Shown here in pieces: positions 41,568 through 54,633 of a stretch of DNA of 64,000 nucleotides. This DNA is from Amoebidium appalachense (Eukaryota > Protista > Ichthyosporea). Position numbers and translations under genes: made by a program. The stretch's first letter is position 1, and the number at the start of each line of letters is the position of its first letter. The stretch lies in NCBI GenBank assembly GCA_963693365.1, contig CAVNZM010000005.1, positions 12,857,728-12,921,727 on the forward strand, in the 5' to 3' direction. Under the pieces are notes generated by a model. It did no database searches and was not told the DNA's origin. It was given only the letters and a program-made list of their open reading frames with translations.

Positions 41568-44500
41568 ATGAATGATATGTACATCTTATGGTAAGTAAGG
41601 TGGCACCCCTTAGGGCCCTTACTAGCATTAGCCACCGTTACTACTACTGTATAGACTACATAATACACGGCCACAGCGCTAATATTAGATAGAACCACAA
41701 ATCATACAGACAATCATATACACCAAGGAGCTATTTATCATAGGCTATGTACCTGAAAGATAAGAAAAAGGCCTTGCGAAGTTTCGACGGTGTACGGCTC
41801 CAAGCAAGAGGGACATCCAAGCAAGAGGGACAATTTTGTAATCATGTCATTTCAACCAACTCCAGCTTCGGAAAACCGAAACTTTGATGCATTTGCATGG
41901 ACAGATGCATGTTGGACACGTGACTCATACGTGCATGTCACCGTCCACGCTCTTGAACGCGGACAAAAGCTATGCAAATCCGGGCTTAAGAATCCACCAC
42001 GAGGCTAAAACTTGCCGAGTCGGCTCAGCGCTTGGCTCAGCGGCCTAAAAAATGACCAGACTAAAATCTATTCACAAGATGCTTTGTGTCGCACAAAGGG
42101 TTGATATCAAGTTATTGAAGCACTACGGTTAAAGAACTAACACTAATAGGGATACTATCTATTTTATTCTTTCTGTCTAAATGCACGCCAATATCAATCT
42201 TACGTTTTTAGGTACTTTTCGCATGCGCATGCGGCTGGAAAAGCCCACAAGCACGCCAACCAAATTTGGCTCTAATGGTCCCCCCTGATTAGATCCCTTG
42301 GTGTTTTGAGAGCCGCTTTGTCACAAATGTTAAAAATGCCAGCGTAATCACCGGTACAACTTTGTCAATTAATCTTCTTTTAGAGTTGTAGCAGCACGGG
42401 CTGCTTTTTTCTTTCCAATTTTTTTTTTAATGCTTTATTCTTTTGGGGTCAAGCTCTTTAATCGCACCGAAACTTCATCTCCTCTATCTTAGACTACGTA
42501 GCAAATAGTTCAAAATATTTACGAGTATCTCCCGAATATCATGATATAGATATCACCAAATCCCCCAATCATCTTGCAGCCCGGAAACATGGCTTCAAGG
42601 CACTTAAGCAACTGGTAGTAATATTAGATTTATATTGAGCTCTACTCAATTTGCACACAAATAATTTCTTGTTACAAAATTTACGTTGGCCGTGAACCAC
42701 AGGTTGATCAAGCGTGGCTGGCTAATTTAGGTGAAAACATTCCAAACTGTCTTTTGGAGCCTGACTGAGCCTGGCGTATGCATCGATCGGCTGCATTTTC
42801 TTGCGCGGCAGAATTTCGACTAACTAGGGAAGTTTTCAGCTGTTTGACTTCGGGGTCTTAACAGCTCAAAAACCCATTTTATAGAGTATATAGTTTTGCG
42901 ATTCAATTATGCATGTCGATTTTGGCTCTCAGAAAGCTTCATTGACCGACCGTTATTCAATGTGGGTAATAGATTGCCTGCTGACTGCTGAAAAAATTAT
43001 TCTAACAACAGGGCTAGAAATTACATTTTGGGATTACTGTATTCACTATTTTTGTCCAGAGATATTTACTTCCTAATATCTATCCGATATATGTATACCT
43101 ATCCGGCGCCCGGGGTGCCTTCGGCCCCCCGGACCCCCCATATGATTCATTGCCAATATCATAACCTTGCGTTTATATTACTATACATTTAAGATTTCCT
43201 GTCGGTTATTCCCAACAATTATGTGTGCCTTTTGTTTAAGGGCGATTTAATGTGTTGACTGCTCCTTTCGAGTCTCAGCCATCTGCTGATCATGAACCAT
43301 TGTATATCTCTAGAAATTGGAGGATTGAATGCAAAACAAAATACAACGAGCCCAGAAAGCAGAGTAAATTGGATATTAAGTGGATTTTTTTCCTGCCTTT
43401 TTCCATATGCTTTGTCCGGATCCGGCAAAGGACTGGTCATCAATAAAACCGAGTCAAAAGAAGAAAAGACTGGTACCCATGAGATATAATGAGGTATGTA
43501 TGTAGATAACTTTTTTCGTGATTGCAGGTTTCCAGTGTTTTCCTGGAAAAAATCGGAAAAATTGAGAGCTCCAACTTTGGGCAGTTGGGCCGGGGGGGGG
43601 GGGGGGGGGGGGGGGAGGGAGGGAAGAGGGGGGAGGGGGGAGGGCACTATTCTTTTTATTTACTTCCCCAACCTCCAACGCAGGTGGAACTAACTCGCAG
43701 GCTTTACTGGTACTTTTTGAAAATCAGCGGTATATTTACTTCCGAAAACAGTGTAATTTACTGCCCTGTCTAATTAGAAGAAGTTCGTCATCATCAGACA
43801 CCCCCACGCTAGGGGGAGAACGAATGTTTTTACGGAGCGCCTCCAACGGGAGCAACGGCGTGATTTTATAAAATGTGCCTGGTGGACGATGCTCAATGAT
43901 CATCCATTTAAATTTGTAAGGCATGCGGGATTTCTTGTCATGCAGATTACAGAAGCAACTTACTTGTCGCATAAAATAAAAAAAATACCCCTAAAAGAGA
44001 GTCTTTTCCAAGCTTATGCGAGCTCGAGGGTGAGCCGCAGGGTATTTATGTTGCACCATTCATTGGGGGAAATATAGAAGCCAAAATTAGGGGGGCCGCT
44101 CTATGAGGATATCGATGACCAAAGTGCCTGTGTCAAAGGCCGCTTTACAGCATGGTTGATTGCTATACATTTCTTTGTATATGTATAGCATCCTGGCCCG
44201 GACGGATGGACGGAGATGATATGACATGGCACGTGTACAACCATGACAGACATATTAATTATCGAATCCATTGACGCAGTTTTATGCTTGGCATGGGTTT
44301 TTTTTTTCAGAAATTAGAAAACTAGTTCCATCTCATAAATCAGTTCACAAGGTACGCGACCGCGATCACCTCCCCAAACGTACCAACCGCCGATCGCGAT
44401 CATCCCGGATTCGCGGCTTCGAAGATCGGCGGCGCCGGCCGGCCGCTGCACCGTGTGTTATAACTTATGTGACCCCGCGAAGACGATAGGCGGCACGTGC

Positions 44501-45199
44501 GTGTCACTTTGCCGTCTACGGAGAGACATGTTGTAAAACCAATTTCCTTCAACACCAAAAATAAGGGGTATAATGGTCAAAAGAATATGAAGAAAGATCT
44601 CACGTCGAGTATCGCTAAAGCCTAGGCAGGGGCCTGGTGTACGTACCGCCACGCGCGGCCAGTACATTGAATCTGGGCGTACGTTGTAAAGCACGGCCGC
44701 AGTAGAAACCAAACCGCGTCCCATTTGATCAACGTCTCGATGCCGCCTTTTGGCAAAACCGTAAAGGTAGACTAGTGGGAGTGTAATTTTTGTGTCTAAT
44801 AATCTGATTGAGAAATGATATAAAAAAAATAATAATAAAAACGCGCATATATATGCATATATTTATTATTATTCGGAAGCATATATGCAGTACGCCCAAG
44901 CTGTGCGTTACACGAAGGGATGTCCCGAGACCTTTTTCCGAAAGCCTGGGCGTAGGTATGCTTGATTCCGTGCCCAATCAGAATGGCCGTGTGAACTACT
45001 GATGCTGTCTGATTGGCCAGCTCCTGCTAGGTAGATCGTAGCTACAGCAGAGCAACCCCCATGCCTTCCGATGACTGGCGCGCCAAGGCCTCCATAGTGA
45101 AAAAGTTACCTTTTATACGCATATATCTTTTTTGGTGTGTTTATATCTATTTTTATTTTGTTTACTATGAGCGATCATCAAGGGGTGGCGTGGTTGAAC

Positions 45200-45580
45200 T
45201 AAGTAATTCATCTCGGCCATTACCTAAGTTACTCATCAATTAGTAATTTTGGGCGGCGGCGGCTCATTGATGAGTGATATTGATGGCAGCGGCTCACTCA
45301 GGGCGGTCAAAAGGTGGACCAAAAGCTGCCGGCCCTGGAGCATCATGGTATCGCAGAGCAGAAAAATACTTCAAAACACCAGAAAGAAAAAGTTTTTTTA
45401 TGCGCTTTGGTAACCATATATATTTCCTTTCTTCATAGAAACTTTCAGCACTATAGGATTTTTTTGAAGGTACAAAACCCTTGTCCGTTGGTGAGCGATG
45501 ATGAGTAATTTAGTAAGTTACTAATTGGGTGATATTCCAAAAATTCCCGGGATACGAGATGAGTAGTGTAAGTTACTTAT
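45200..45580. repeat. Degenerate inverted-repeat element (possible old MITE) upstream of the WOPR gene
   Basis: CTAAGTTACTCATC (~45224) pairs with GATGAGTAATTTAG (~45500), and TCATCTCG (~45207) pairs with CGAGATGA (~45555), nested. No clean TSD found. Confidence 0.35.
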
Positions 45581-45949
45581 CCGGCATTGGGGCTAATGGG
45601 CAGCTTGCCAGAAGTAGATTGCGACCTCCGACCTTCCCGGGCCGTGCTCTGCAGCTGAGTACTCGGCAACGAAAAGAAAGCGAGTCCAGTGTTTGTTAGT
45701 TGGTTTATGCAGTGACACTGACGCATCTCACATGCGGCACACAGAGTTTTTAGAATTTTGAGTTTTTTTGTGCACAACGTTTAGGCGTTAGTAAGTGACG
45801 GAAGCAATCGGCAACAGCTTATTAATAACGCATTGAAAACCGTTTCTCAAAGTTTGAGGGCAAAAGCTTGTTGAAGGTGGGTCACAAAAACGTTTCAGGT
45901 GCTTGTCTGGGGATAGTGATTTTGTGACTAGGCTACAGATAAGTGAAAG

Positions 45950-47409
45950 ATGGCTTGGCGTAAGCGCAGAGGGGACTTGCAGTCACAGCATTCCAGTGGG
46001 GAGAGTGAGTTGGAGCGCCAGACATCCTCTGCCCAGCCGAGCTTTTATGGCTATGTGCGCGACGCAGACGATGCCCACTTTGTGTTCGAGTCGGCCCGCC
46101 TGGGCCAGTGCCGCATCATTCGTGAGCGGCTCAACCACAGGCGTGACCACATAGCGGCCGGGCACGGCTACGTGTACGACGAGGAGAACAGCAACATACA
46201 GCGCTGGACGGACGGCTACAACTGGAGCAACAGCTACCACCCGGGGGGCAAGGTGCTCATCTACAAGCAGGTCGACGTGGTGTCCTCCAACGGCCGCACG
46301 GTGAAGATTGAGCTGCCCAACGGGCTCAGGAAGAAGACCATAGCCGACCCGTGTGGACCGTACCGCATAGTGTGCTACTATTATGATGCTGACGAGTATG
46401 TGCAGCAGCCCGTGCGGTTGGTGCCGCCCGACGCAAACGACATAGCCGAGGCACGTGCTGCCGACAGTGCCCAGCGCACAGACAGGGCCATAGCCCGCCT
46501 GCAGGAGAAGCAGCGCCCCCGCCAGCGCCAGCAGTCCACCCCCGACCACACCAGCCCACACTCACCGCAGAGTGACCCTGGGCGCTACGGGGACCTAGCC
46601 GACTACGAGAGCCGCGGCAGCCTCAAGCGCTATGCAGCCTCAAGCCTGGACGACCGCCTGTGGGAGGCCCTGCCCGGCCCGACCAAGAGGGTGCGCAGCA
46701 ACCCCCAGCCCAGCGATGAGCTGCGCTACAGTGCAGGCGGCAGCCCCACGAGGGTGGCCTACCAGCAGCGCAGCAGCGAGCACGACGGCAGCTGGAGCCA
46801 GCAGCCATACAGGCGCCTGGTCAGTGAGCCGGCAGACAGCAGCATTTTCCCTCACAGTAGCCGGGCCAGCACCTGGCGCCCAGCAGGCTGGGCCGAGAGG
46901 TGGACAGCCAGTGGCAGCGCGGGGCAGCAGACAGGGACTGGGCCTTTGGCTCGTATGCTGCCCGCCCAGCAGGGCCACCCACCAGCACACAAGGCCACCA
47001 GTGGCCTCCTGCCCACGAGCAGCCGCCGTCCAGGCCACCCACCCTGTCACGGCCCAACAGCTACCACAGCGACCTGGGTGACACCCACCGCACAGCAACG
47101 GGGTTCCCCCAGCGAACACAGTCCACCCCACGGGACACAAGCTTACGCCACATGCTGCCCTACACCGACACATACCGTGACAGCACACAGCCACAGCCCC
47201 CACAGCGAGGTGAGGGGGAGCTTGTGCAAGCGGCCCTGCGGGCCACGTATAACTCCCTGCCGGCACGGCCACAGGCACAGTTTAGCGACGACAGGGTCTA
47301 TGCAGCACCCTACCACATGGACCGCTCAATGGATGACGACAGGAAGTACCGCACACCACTGCCTGTCTCGGCAGGACTGGTACTAGCCTTTGATTGCAAT
47401 TGGCTATAG
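45950..47409 (+). CDS. Gti1/Pac2 (WOPR) family transcription factor, intronless, with a probable frameshift at ~46860-46900
   Basis: WOPRa FYGYVRDADDAHFVFESARLG...GYVYDEENSNIQRWTDGYNWSNS...VLIYKQ and WOPRb GLRKKTI...YRIVCYY. ORF 45950-47386 is open as given, but the alternative frame (to stop 47409) looks more natural after ~46870. Confidence 0.85.
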
Positions 47410-48783
47410 CTAGTGCGGCATTATCATATTACTTCATAGATGCACGAAGGTCATAGCATATTGCGTTAGAGTAGGGAACTAGTGTGGCTATCCAATGTCT
47501 TTGTTTCAGTGTAGCCTACATAATAGGCGTTGCTCAATGATCTCCGGGTGAAACAATTGGAAGAAAAATTTTCATTTGTGTATAGTGATAGTCATTGTAG
47601 GTAGTACTCAAGGCCCACGGTTTTAATTTCGAATGACTGATCAGTCACCTGATCATATAATCATTATATTCGTAAGCTTTTAGTTTTATATTACCTGTAA
47701 TTATTGCTTAGAACCCTTCAAGAAATTTCAAACACAGGCGGCTCTCAGATATTAGCCTAGCTCTAACATCTAATAAACGTTCTCAGCGGCAAACAAACCT
47801 CTGAGAACAAGTTGAAGTAATACGGCCCGGCTGACATGCCAGCCAATAAAAAGACACATACTAGATTGTGGGCGCGGTGGCCAGAGTCGCCGAGAACGGT
47901 GGATGAATCATTGCCTAGGCCTGTTGGCTGGCGGCAGTTCACGGTGTCCTGCATGCACACGTCTAGCGGTTCAGGTCGAGCGCCTCCGGAGTCCGACGGT
48001 CAAGTAACCGTCGGCCTCACTGAGCCCCTTCCCCCCGAAGTTCCCCCCCTCCGACCCAACTTGAAGTCCGGCGGGTCGGGGACACACACACACGTGCACA
48101 TTAGACACAGAGAACAGTGTCACATGCACTACACACGCACACGGTGTCACCGTGACGCACGCACACATGCACTCACGCACGCACACGGCACGCACACACT
48201 CTGACACGTACACAAGCACGCACACAAATGTGACACACACGTGCCACCGTCACTGATATCGATACCGGGACCAAGGCAGGCAACGGCAGACACACATCAT
48301 CATGGCATACACTACATGCAGCCTATTAGTCACACACACACACAGGCACACACCGTGGCACACACAATTTGATTGCACACACACACAGTCACACACACAC
48401 ACACACCGTGCACACACACACACAGACCGGGCGTGGCAGTTGCGTGCCGCTGAAGGCTCACCATCCGCCCCACACGGTGCACCCGGTGGCCGCTACTAGT
48501 CCCCGGAAACTTGAAAGCATCCTGCATATCACAGTGTGCTCGCGCCGTTGACAATGTCACGTGGCACCGCTTGCGGCAGTGAAGGAAGTTCTGGAAGTTA
48601 CTGTTCCCACTGACATCGACCAGGGACTTCCATCAGCGACCGTTCTCCCGGATTGCAATTGCAGTGATACCGTGTGCACTGTCGTGGGTCCAGCCGCTGC
48701 ACCGCGGCCGGGCCCCCCCATATGATTCCGGAGTCACCGTCAGTCGGGAGTACGTATACTGAGTGGCTGTCCGCTGTTCATTT

Positions 48784-48845
<62 letters not shown>

Positions 48846-50240
48846 TACTAGTAGGCAGGTGGGTAAAGGGGGGAGAGAGTGGGAAAGGCTTCAGAGTTCA
48901 AGTCACAGCTGTTGCGTCACCCGGGCACACACACGTTTTTCAATGATACTCAGATGAGCTCCCCTCCCCCTCCTCCCTGAGGCTCCCCCCCCCCCCCCCC
49001 CCCCCCTTTTCTTTGTGGGCCCGAGTCTTCGGGGCCCACCCCACTGAGTGTTCCGGAACCGTTATATTTGGCACGCACGCTATTAGTAGCAGTGGCACAG
49101 TGTCTGGCCGGCCATGGCACTGTCCTTTACCACCGTCCTACCGGCAGTACTACTGTAGTCACTAGCGGCGTCGCCCATCAACCGTTTCAAAGTAAACAGG
49201 CCTAGACGCGGCACCTGTACATCTCGAGGTCCTCCACAGCAACTTACCAGTAGTAATATCACTGATGACGGTCACCGTGAGTCAACTGGCCACACAAGGT
49301 CCCTGGCACGCACACACGCGTGCGTCACGGCATGATGGACAAGTGAAGTTCACCCGCAGCCGGCGGGGACGTCGACAGCTGTACTACGGTACACGGGTGG
49401 TTCACTAATAAGATAATAGGCTAGTAAGATTCTACCGGCCCAAGTACGGGAGTCTGATTTTAGGAATAAACTTAAATTAGAGTCTACCAAGGCTGGGCCC
49501 CGGGAGTGGGGGGGGGGGGGGGAGGCTGTGAATTTATGGTAAGGACGGTGGCTTTCCGGGATGCCGCAAGCTGTAAGAGCTTCAGTGTCTATGGCATCAT
49601 GATAATGGTTTTCTAATTTAGCTTCCGAAGTACCTGGTCAAAAGAGCAGCACACTGTCCTGAGTTTTCTTAGTTAAGGCTTGTATAAAGAACTTCATACA
49701 AGGTGAAAGAAAATACTGTGCGTGTGTTTGCCAATGTCACACACGGTGTCTGAGGCTGTGCGTGTGTCCGGTGGGTAAACTCTTCAGTGGGCCCGGTTCT
49801 AGCGAGTGTATGCACTGCCTGGTTGTTCGTGCTGGCACGCCGTGTGCGTGCGTGTGTGCGACTGCGTGCGTGCGTGCCAGTGTGTGTGCGTTTGCGTGCG
49901 TGCGTGCGTGCAGTGCGCCACAGCCCGTGAGTGAGTGCGTGCGTGCGTGCGTGCGTGTACGCGCACAAGGCGCGCGCGCACGTGTGTGTGTGTGTGTGGG
50001 CGACGTGTACTAGTGTGCGCGTCACAGTGTCATAGTATGTGTGTCACGGTCTTATGTGTGTGCGCCCACATGCACGGTTTGAAACAAAAAACTGAACAGC
50101 TCGAATTTCAAACCAATAAAAAACACCGTTGAAGCCCGGCAACCTTTAACTTTATATGATGCACACTGAGAAGCAGTGCAGGCACTACAGCCTGGTATAG
50201 CACACTGCGCCCTCTCGATGCCCCCGGCCCCCCCCCCCCC

Positions 50241-52107
50241 TGTTGGAGTGCAGACTTACGCTCACTCCACAATATGTGTATGTTAGCTTTACAATTGGTT
50301 CCGTGTACACAGACACACGCTGACACTCGATCACCACATGCACATCTGCATAGTTGAGGAATGTTGCCAATTGTGTTTTGACTGCAAACGATTGGTTCAC
50401 TGGTCCCAGAGATCTCTAAATGAAAGTAACCAATCCGATTAGCACCTGGCATCCGGATTACATTCCAGACTGCTGCCCCACGGGTATATAAGCCACGTCT
50501 CTGCCAGGTGCAGACATGGAGTTCAGTCATGGAGTTCAGTCATGGAGTTCAGTCATGGAGTTCAGTCATGGAGTTCAGTCATGGAGTTAACACACTGAAA
50601 GCAGTAAAAAACGGGTCAGCGCCCAAGCGCGCCACGACGACCCTAGTCACAGCGGACTCTACTTCCAACAGGGTTATGGGCCCAGACACGACACCGCGGC
50701 CTCTAACTTCACGTCCCCTACGACGCCTTGAACGGAGGAGCCAGAAACCGACTTCTAGGCTGTACCCTACACCCGCGAGCGTATTTCCGTGAAGTAGAGA
50801 CTTTCGCTTCCACAAACTCCATCCGCAGCAGCCTGCGACATCAATGTGAACGTCAAGTATTCCACTTCATTGGCGGGGCACGCACCACAGTGGAATGCAC
50901 ACCCCGGTCTACCCTGCAAGCAGCCACACTCACTCTCTCTTCTCTAGTGGTGTGTACACTTCTCCAATTGGGTAGGGGTGTTGGAGTGCAGACTTACGCT
51001 CACTCCACAATATGTGTATGTTAGCTTTACAATTGGTTCCGTGTACACAGACACACGCTGACACTCGATCACCACATGCACATCTGCATAGTTGAGGAAT
51101 GTTGCCAATTGTGTTTTGACTGCAAACGATTGGTTCACTGGTCCCAGAGATCTCTAAATGAAAGTAACCAATCCGATTAGCGCCTGGCATCCGGATTACA
51201 TTCCAGACTGCTGCCCCACGGGTATATAAGCCACGGCTCTGCCAGGTGCAGACATGGAGTTAAGTCATGGAGTTCAGTCATGGAGTTTAGTCATGGAGTT
51301 CAGACATGGAGTTCAGTCATGGAGTTCAGTCATGGAGTTCAGTCATGGAGTTCAGTCATGGAGTTCAGTCATGGAGTTAACACACTGAAAGCAGTAAAAA
51401 ACGGGTCAGCGCCCAAGCGCGCCACGACGACCCTAGTCACAGCGGACTCTACTTCCAACAGGGTTATGGGCCCAGACACGACACCGCGGCCTCTAACTTC
51501 ATTAGAGACTTTCGCTTCCACAAACTCCATCCGCAGCAGCCTGCGACATCAACGTCAAGTATTCCACTTCATTGGCGGGGCACGCACCACAGTGGAATGC
51601 ACACCCCGGTCTACCCTGCAAGCAGCCACACTCACTCTCTCTTCTCTAGTGGTGTGTACACTTCTCCAATTGGGTAGGGGTGTTGGAGTGCAGACTTACG
51701 CTCACTCCACAATATGTGTATGTTAGCTTTACAATTGGTTCCGTGTACACAGACACACGCTGACACTCGATCACCACATGCACATCTGCATAGTTGAGGA
51801 ATGTTGCCAATTGTGTTTTGACTGCAAACGATTGGTTCACTGGTCCCAGAGATCTCTAAATGAAAGTAACCAATCCGATTAGCACCTGGCATCCGGATTA
51901 CATTCCAGACTGCTGCCCCACGGGTATATAAGCCACGTCTCTGCCAGGTGCAGACATGGAGTTCAGTCATGGAGTTCAGTCATGGAGTTCAGTCATGGAG
52001 TTCAGTCATGGAGTTCAGTCATGGAGTTAACACACTGAAAGCAGTAAAAAACGGGTCAGCGCCCAAGCGCGCCACGACGACCCTAGTCACAGCGGACTCT
52101 ACTTCCA
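50241..52107 (+). mobile_element. Tandem Copia-type TRIM (non-autonomous LTR retrotransposon): LTR-int-LTR-int-LTR
   Basis: LTRs 50241-50670, 50979-51460 and 51681-52107 with TGTTGGA...TCCAACA termini (LTR3 ends TCCA + C-run) and a TATATAA box. PBS GGTTATGGGCCCAG follows LTR1 and LTR2; PPT GGGTAGGGG precedes LTR2 and LTR3. Internal regions are 308 and 220 bp and non-coding. C-runs on both flanks. Confidence 0.9.
50515..50588. repeat. 13-bp tandem repeat (CATGGAGTTCAGT) inside each TRIM LTR; expanded in LTR2 (51253-51378)
   Basis: Directly visible just downstream of the LTR TATA box. Confidence 0.9.
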
Positions 52108-52454
52108 CCCCCCCCCCCCCCCCCCCCCCCCCCCGGGGGGGGGGGGGGGGGGGGGGGCAAGATAATGATTCAGAACCCTACAGGCTTAGAAACCTTTAGA
52201 TTCTAGACTCTACCCCCGTTTTACCTGTCATCTTATTAGTAAACCACCCCCTCCTCCCCCGGCCCCAAAAATGTGTGTCACACGTGCATTGTCAAAGTTT
52301 GCCCAAGGAGCACAGCGATGGTGGGTCACCGGGGTGGGGGATAGCCAGTGGGTGTGGGTGCACGTGGGTGGGTGGCCGGTGAGGGGGGTTTTCTCGAGCG
52401 TTTCCGGAGGGGGGAGCTCGAGGCGCGGGGGCAGGGCGGGGGGCCCCCGCAGGG

Positions 52455-52489
<35 letters not shown>

Positions 52490-52739
52490 GGGAGTGGGGG
52501 AGGGAGACTGAGAGGACGGGGAGGAAGGCAGGCTGGGCGGGCGGGCGGTCGGGGGGCGTGCGGGGAGGGGGGAGGGGGGAGGGGGGGCGGGGGGAGGAAG
52601 AGGCATAGAGAGGGAGAGGCTGAGCTTTAGGCTAGGAAGGAAGGCCTAGGGATGGAGGGAGGGCGGGGCGGGAGGTTAAGTGGCCATGGGTGGGTCACGG
52701 GGGTGGGCGCCCCCCCGGGTAAATGGGTGGGTGAGTGGG

Positions 52740-52777
<38 letters not shown>

Positions 52778-54371
52778 GGGGGGGGGGGAGGGGGCGCGGG
52801 GGGGGGGAGAGGGGGAGGGAGCTGGGGGTGGGGTGGGCAATGATCTGTACCGCGGCTGCCTGCCTCCGTGGCACCATGGCTGAAAGGCGCTGGCTGCAAA
52901 TATTGAGGAACCCTCGAGGCACTTGCCGCACGAGGAGATGGAATGAAACGGAACGAATGGCAAGGGAGGCAGTTGTGCACCAGGGGACTTGAGCATTGTA
53001 TGGCACCTTAACGCCGTAAGCTTTCTCTCTGCCGTGCCTTGATGATGAGCCCAGTGTCAGACTCAAAGCACGCAAGCCTTCACGGTGACCCGGAAGTTGT
53101 GCGACTCACGGGCTGGGCCCTTGGAAGGGCCCGGCTTGAGCTGTCAGCTCAGCTGTGCATTTTGCGCGCCAAATTGCAGGCCAAGCCCCCAGCCATTGGT
53201 TGCTGCCTAGGACCACCAGTGCTCAAACGCCCTGTGTAAAAAGCCCACATCATTGGTGAATGTGTGTATAAAAACACTTTAAGCGTTTTTAGGTCGCGTT
53301 TCTATCAGCCATGTCAGCTGTTCGCTACACGGCGGGGGCATGTGCACCTGCGGCATTAGCAATGCTTTGATGCCCCTTTTCCTATTGGTGTTCTTCTCAA
53401 GGTGTATTTTGCTATCAGAACTTGCAAACACAATGAAGCAGGCTTATTAACTAAGAACAAATGAGACACAAAAGAAGCATTGATATACAAAGACACGATT
53501 TTTGAGTTAAATATTATTCATAAGCACAAAGTTTAGAGTTCTTTGGAGTATTTCTACCAGTACATTTTATCATGATTCCTAACTCAAAATATGGATATTC
53601 TTGCTATTGGTTACTTGTCATGAAGCATGTAGACGCAGAAAAAGCTCTCGGCTGGGGGCTCATCAGCCCGGGCAGGCATCCCAACCCAGCAGAACAGACA
53701 GACAAAAAGCGTGGCCCTTGTTTACTTTTTTTTTTTTCCAACTTTTTCTTTTTAGCCCTGGTTTTTCTTGTAGTGTTGGTTTCGCGACCAACGCCTTTTA
53801 TATTCCGCCCGGATATTGCAGCGACACAGCTGCATACAGGTGAGGTGTGGTGTCGATCTGCCACACAGTGCGGAAGGCTTTCTGCTTTGGGGTTTTTTTC
53901 GAGCAGCATATTTTAACACGAGCGGTCCAAAACTTAGCGAAGGGACACGTGTGTTTATAACTGACATGCGTGTGTTGCATTTTGGTTGTGGGGTTTTAAG
54001 TGCTGAACGACGTTTGATGAGGGGTGGTGCATGGTTGCTGCATTAATGGAGAGTGGTACAACACAACAAGGTGGCTTTGTGTTTGAGTGAGCCACAGGCA
54101 GTGTTCATGTGGCAGCTAACAGCTGTTCTTGTCGGCGTGCAACGGTGTTTCAGTTCTGGTGTTTGCTAATGATTCATGAAGGGCAGGCAGGGGGAAGAAA
54201 GGGCGGGGAGGGGGGAGGGGGGAGGGAGGGAGGGCAGCGGAGGGGAGGTAGTCTGCTTGTAATTTATGGGGGTGAGGGGAACACAGGAAGTTGGGGGGGG
54301 AGGGTCAGGGGTTGGGGTTGTAGCTAGGCCGACTGCACACTGACTGCTGGGGCCTCTGCAGGCACGTCACG

Positions 54372-54564
54372 ATGGCACGGGCAGCCCAGCCAAAAGGTGG
54401 TGCCAAGGGCACCAAGGTGAGTGCGTGGGGCTGTGCATAGCTCTCAGACCCACGTCAGAAACAGCAGTCCCATATGCTTTCCTTGGGCAAGCAGGTCCGT
54501 CGCTAATTGAATGGGTAGACTTTCGGAACGCATGCATACCCGGAAAGTCAACCACACACAAAAC

Positions 54565-54633
<69 letters not shown>

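Noticed and set aside
41700-44300. AT-rich intergenic sequence with TE-like motifs
   Set aside because: No paired termini, second copy or coding remnant could be established by eye.
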